64,000 nt of DNA, taken from assembly GCA_965197475.1 (NCBI GenBank), contig CBDANF010000003.1:288001-352000 (forward strand). Reading direction: 5' to 3'. The notes under the pieces were generated by a model, which was not told the origin of the DNA, ran no database searches, and worked only from the letters and a program-made list of their open reading frames with translations. Source of the DNA: Candidatus Poribacteria bacterium. Lineage in GTDB: Bacteria > Poribacteria > WGA-4E > WGA-3G. The position numbers and the translations under genes are program-made. Shown one piece after another: positions 60,701 to 64,000 of the stretch (positions within the stretch are counted from its first letter, which is position 1; each line of letters starts with the position of its first letter).

Positions 60701-60851
60701 TAATTTTATATGTCCCCTTTCCCAATCCTACACCGATATCAGACATTACTTCAACAGTTAAGTTGCGTTCAATTGTTTCAGTAGCACTGTCAATGGAGTT
60801 GCAAAAGGTTATCACTATAATCACACTTAAAATGGAAAATAACGATTTCAT
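57795..60851 (-). CDS. Secreted M61 glycyl-aminopeptidase-like protein with duplicated N-terminal domain and PDZ-like C-terminus; zinc motif degenerate
   Basis: AGGAGA RBS; two 'V.+.AG.F..CLK...YLWFAKGVG+VK.RYEHSNG' repeats; 'WRVSTPW', 'GHEVFRIWN', 'WFSIGVTNYY', 'LDLQIR'. Confidence 0.8.
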   Translation of the reverse strand: MKSLFSILSVIIVITFCNSIDSATETIERNLTVEVMSDIGVGLGKGTYKIKKTDIFMTVSLSRFSQQIGTTPDSMSMLFNNLRTMNRYDKKGNIRPTLFKFPLSVGSTWEWENTESSDRNLRARVTIENSETVKVTAGIFPNCLKHKTVFTNTKHNVGLAGTPAFAEVKNALVNGIRYLWFAKGVGLVKMRYEHSNGIITEAELIDRKVSGNSNEYLPLTSGTMWTYKWHNNYFDETFIEKVQLSGKDNKFSAQVWRTLNVKVATEKGEDLREAVFNIAKTDSALALTRSVDRGLSGANSASILKHTLLDNITAYHETDLLRFPLNIGKIWTQPGAHRSLEEITIEGFEQVKIAAGTFRECLKQKTVLTGATTGSEEENAFVNGTRYLWFAKGVGIVKTRYEHSNGVVTESELAKFHVPSKSEEYLPLDLGTTWTYKWNNNNPKGFIEIFQVVEHGKEQKIREPEQITALKKASYVISANADAPETMTVICGLTPVEPVHEKILLHLKGSGAYIRDVTLVDARGRKPSGSWSTTGIWEFRFPRHTHDEDIKFPLTLSYKISLGYDNRKWETPTTPGILPFSRLGTTQWTSEELFIVGKQINEIEVEFKLPESWWRVSTPWQPIGDTSNRFTVTDQEELTNSALLIGQHAEARVKSGKTEVVLAIGGRPKSYQNTMQDTFEQFLCAYSKVFNGEPEGRLMFFVNPYEKKVGKRIHGYKTGRSVRILMDWTLDDATKHEWAPFLGHEVFRIWNGLTALNPFTAKERWFSIGVTNYYSEITSSRLGYLSESKFLERLERACELYLSVPRKLAVVDGSTDARLLNAGGSLVAASLDLQIRHLTKNRKNFNHVMQQMYQKFSDNSIEYTQHDIIRTVNKVAGKDFDTFFKTYVTGKERLPLAEYFNYAGLDVQIEYSEELPTTDYVYDVLKASIENETWRLISVDGMKIETFADLRESAKTWKSGDVLQVTIEVNDETLTLPITLSGVSENPPTTRDPSVRITKKTKTTRLQRAILAGILGKN

Positions 60852-60948
60852 TTCATTCTCCTCATCACAAAATGGTACATGGGAACGACATACACTAATC
60901 ACAACATGGCAGGGCACAGAGATCCTGCCCTACAATGTGCTTTCGCTA

Positions 60949-61920
60949 TTAGAAAGAGACACCCAACTTAACACTACGTTCAGGATGATTGTCCATCTCT
61001 ATGTATGCCTCAACCGAATCTTCAAATGGAATAACTGGGTCAACGATGTCTTCACAGTCAAACCTACCTTCCGCGAGCCATTTCCAGCAGGTGTTTACAA
61101 TACGTCTAAAATTCCAACGCGGATGGTCGCGGTTCGGATCGCTGTTGGCACGTGCGAAGATCAGGTTCGGAATGTTGAAATGTGCGACAGCACCCAGATC
61201 CAGTCCGCCTTTGCATTCCTTCGCCCAACCTGCAACGACAACCGTGCCTTCAAACGCTACACTCCGAATTGCATCGTCAAGTGCGTTGTAATTCGCGCTT
61301 GTTTCAATGGCAACGTCAAGCCCAAGTCCGCCAGTGGCTTCTTTCAGCACTTCACCGACATTGCATGTAGTCGGATCCAAGACGAGATCCGCACCTGTTT
61401 TCTCAGCGACAGCGCGGCGTCCTTCAATTGGGTCAACACAAGCGATGAAATCGGCACCCGCTTCCTTCGCGTACTGCTGGGTTACGAGTCCAATTGCACC
61501 AAGTCCAAAGACTGCAACACGATCACCGACACGCACTTGTCCATCGCGTATAGCGGATAATGCAAAGTGAGCAGGATCATAGCAGACTGCCTCTTTCCAT
61601 GTCATCCGTTCAGGCATTTTGAGGACACCACCTGCTCCCCATGTATGAGTCTCCTTGAGATGTCCGTGTCCAGCGACGCGCTCACCAATTTCGCAGTCCT
61701 CAACTTCTTCGCCGATTTCTATAATCTTCCCGACGCACATATTTCCGAGTCCCTGCGGAAATCCCGCGCCTCGGAGTCCGTAATACATTGTCATCTCAGT
61801 GCCGCGTTTCGGCGCGCCGAATTCGACTTGGACTCGGACACTGCCTTTTGGGACAGGTCCATCTTCATATTCTCTCAAAACGGGTTGCCGAGGTGCAACC
61901 GCCACTAATTCTTTTGGCAT
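60949..61920 (-). CDS. Zinc-type (MDR family) alcohol dehydrogenase-like protein
   Basis: AAGGAG RBS; 'GDRVAVFGLGAIG', 'GLDVAIETS'. Confidence 0.9.
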   Translation of the reverse strand: MPKELVAVAPRQPVLREYEDGPVPKGSVRVQVEFGAPKRGTEMTMYYGLRGAGFPQGLGNMCVGKIIEIGEEVEDCEIGERVAGHGHLKETHTWGAGGVLKMPERMTWKEAVCYDPAHFALSAIRDGQVRVGDRVAVFGLGAIGLVTQQYAKEAGADFIACVDPIEGRRAVAEKTGADLVLDPTTCNVGEVLKEATGGLGLDVAIETSANYNALDDAIRSVAFEGTVVVAGWAKECKGGLDLGAVAHFNIPNLIFARANSDPNRDHPRWNFRRIVNTCWKWLAEGRFDCEDIVDPVIPFEDSVEAYIEMDNHPERSVKLGVSF

Positions 61921-61982
61921 TTTTTTCTCCTTAAAAGTAGTAGGCACACGCTCTGTGCCGTAAACCGAAATCAGATTATTAA

Positions 61983-64000
61983 CTAATGCGGAATACCTAA
62001 TTGATGCATCCGACGGTGAATCGCCTTTCGTGCCTCTTGGAATGGACGAGAGAGGAATTCCAAATGATCATGTTCGCCGTGGTGATGCGTTACGGTACCG
62101 GGTTCATGATGACGTGCTGTCTGTCGAATATAGGACAACCCGCCTTCAATCAAGGTCAACATATAGTTTGCCGTTTCTGGATCAAACATCCACCATTCAC
62201 TACCGACAGCGATGTAAATTGGGGATGTATGAGCAATGATGCCGCGCCTCCACCCATCGTGATGCGGGACTGCCTGTGCATAGTTAGGTCCACCGCACCG
62301 CGCAGCTAACCACGAATGCTTATCAACATTCAGATTGGCTTTAAGACGTAACTGGTGCGATCCACTGCTTTCCTCTGTAGAGGCAACAACTTCTCCTGCT
62401 TGAACAATCTGCAAAGTATGGATAGGAAAAATAGAATTCGCGGAGGCTTCAACTTCTACAGTGCCACCGTTACCGGGCAGATTGATAGTGCTGCCTATCG
62501 GTTGTCCATCAGCGGTGAGTCGGATCATTGGACCACCACTAAGAAATGTGTTGCCAGCACTCATATATTTGCACCAGTTGTCATAGTTGGATTCCTCGTT
62601 TTCGGGAATGTGGACGTACGTTCTATAAACACCTACCGGAACATCGCTCGTCATCTTATCCGTGCCACCGACGAGTGGCAATTTATAGCCACAGTTGAGA
62701 TAACGATAGTATTCATTGTGTCCATACATCGCGTTTGTGAGGTATTCAACAGCATCAACACGTTCAGTTGCGATCAACGTTGCAGGTTCGCAATTCGGAT
62801 TAGGAATATGCGGTAAAACCACGGTGCCACCTTGTGCGTGACAAGCATCTGCCCAATGCGATAGCGTGACCTCCATGTTTCCACCGAGTTCTGCTTCGCC
62901 AGGTCCATCGGAACACCACGGCGCGACCTGCTTTTTCAACCCAAGCAGTGTCAGGTGTCCCAGCACATGCTGCCGATTTTCCTGCGTTGCATAGACAATA
63001 CTTTGCCCATCCGCAGAAACCGTAGGTCTTCCAATGAATTCCTCTGTATTTGTGAAGAGGTGTCCCCACTGCGAAAGGAGGAGATTGACTACCCCAAGGT
63101 CTTCACCTTGTGCTTCGGTATGTGCCCCTTGCGTAGAAAGGAAGTGGACGTGTGTATCACCACTGAAATAGCGATCGGCGTTCATATTGCACCACCGCTT
63201 AATCCGTAACGTCAACTCACGCTGTCCCGGTTTTATGTTCACAGTTGTTCGCAAAGGCGTATATTCAAATCCACGAGCAACATCCACGATGACATCACCA
63301 CGAGGCAGCCATCCCTGACAGGTGCCATCAATATAAGCATAACTAATCTGTCCCAACCGCACATCACCACCTATATCTATGTGCCATGTGCCCATGTTAG
63401 AGTTGACATGCGCGTGATGTCCGTGGGGAGCGTAAGGCACACCGTGCGGGGAGCGGAAGTGGACACGACACGGAACAGGTTTATTCGTGTCTTCATCTAT
63501 AACGGTGGTATGCACCCAGTTCCTGCCTGTGTCAATGACTTCCACCTTGACCCGTTCGTTCGGTTGGACAACTCTCTTTTTTTGGAGTTCACCCCAGTTG
63601 ACCGTGCCAAGCACTTCACCTCGGTTTTTAACCTCAACAGTAGCGGATGGTGTAGCGGATACCTCTACATACGCTGGACTGCTTTTGTTGTTTTGAAATT
63701 CTCCCCATCCTTTGAAATCGTCATTGATAAACTCTTCGGATGAGTTTTCTGGCAGTGGATAAGGATAGGTCGCAGTGCCGCGATCAACGTTGACTTCCAT
63801 GTCAAAAGGTTTGTCAGCATCTTCTGCTTGGGGGAGTGTGATTTTAACCTCACGGTTAGGACGTCGTGGGATTGGGTCCTCGTCAAGGTGACCAAGTGTG
63901 ATTGCTGCAACGATAAACTTACGTTCCTGTGGTCGAATTTCGATAGATGCTATTTCAACATCAGGATTGGGATTTTTCCAAATCCACAGATAATAGTTAC
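61983..64000 (-). CDS. CehA/McbA family metallohydrolase-like protein (5' end beyond window)
   Basis: 'SGDTHVHF', 'GHLTLLG', 'GGTVVLPH', 'YRYLNCGYKLPLVGGTD', 'AHTSPIY'; frame stays open from 63800 to the window end. Confidence 0.85.
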   Translation of the reverse strand, partial: NYYLWIWKNPNPDVEIASIEIRPQERKFIVAAITLGHLDEDPIPRRPNREVKITLPQAEDADKPFDMEVNVDRGTATYPYPLPENSSEEFINDDFKGWGEFQNNKSSPAYVEVSATPSATVEVKNRGEVLGTVNWGELQKKRVVQPNERVKVEVIDTGRNWVHTTVIDEDTNKPVPCRVHFRSPHGVPYAPHGHHAHVNSNMGTWHIDIGGDVRLGQISYAYIDGTCQGWLPRGDVIVDVARGFEYTPLRTTVNIKPGQRELTLRIKRWCNMNADRYFSGDTHVHFLSTQGAHTEAQGEDLGVVNLLLSQWGHLFTNTEEFIGRPTVSADGQSIVYATQENRQHVLGHLTLLGLKKQVAPWCSDGPGEAELGGNMEVTLSHWADACHAQGGTVVLPHIPNPNCEPATLIATERVDAVEYLTNAMYGHNEYYRYLNCGYKLPLVGGTDKMTSDVPVGVYRTYVHIPENEESNYDNWCKYMSAGNTFLSGGPMIRLTADGQPIGSTINLPGNGGTVEVEASANSIFPIHTLQIVQAGEVVASTEESSGSHQLRLKANLNVDKHSWLAARCGGPNYAQAVPHHDGWRRGIIAHTSPIYIAVGSEWWMFDPETANYMLTLIEGGLSYIRQTARHHEPGTVTHHHGEHDHLEFLSRPFQEARKAIHRRMHQLGIPH

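Noticed and set aside
60325-61560. 411-aa plus-strand ORF
   Set aside because: Antisense to two well-supported genes with no recognisable motifs.

Overview
Bacterial chromosome segment, probably Candidatus Poribacteria (inferred from five secreted proteins ending in a '(K/Q)LxTTWGxLK'-like tail, the DUF1501/PPC/WD40 cluster, a UBact-proteasome operon and many GTAG-type palindromes). Left to right: (1) a Type IIG-like restriction-modification fusion gene that the ORF track misses because it runs off the left edge, directly downstream of a tricorn protease; (2) a DUF1501, WD40 and PPC cluster whose PPC protein has two CxxCH heme-c inserts; (3) a complete arc-dop-UBact-prcB-prcA-(insert)-pafA locus; (4) rplM-rpsI-purA, tRNA-Lys and tRNA-Glu; (5) a minus-strand block of an ECF sigma, three unknown paralogs, three tandem ferredoxins, a redoxin and a polyferredoxin; (6) a ~23 kb plus-strand envelope island with three variable secreted Cys/Trp-rich paralogs, two STT3/AglB-type oligosaccharyltransferases, five lectin-like TTWG-tail proteins, DUF1573, a carboxypeptidase-regulatory-like protein, rhodanese plus MauE/DoxX and a GspC-like protein, interrupted by an IS1-family element whose end carries a predicted pseudoknotted leader also found before another paralog; (7) a sulfotransferase-like gene and a ~5 kb cassette (deleted cyclase, catalytically degenerate M61-like peptidase) between direct repeats of a dehydrogenase 3' end, then a CehA/McbA-like hydrolase running off the right edge. 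Region 6 is the best candidate for an undescribed system. All calls come from manual motif reading; no searches were run.
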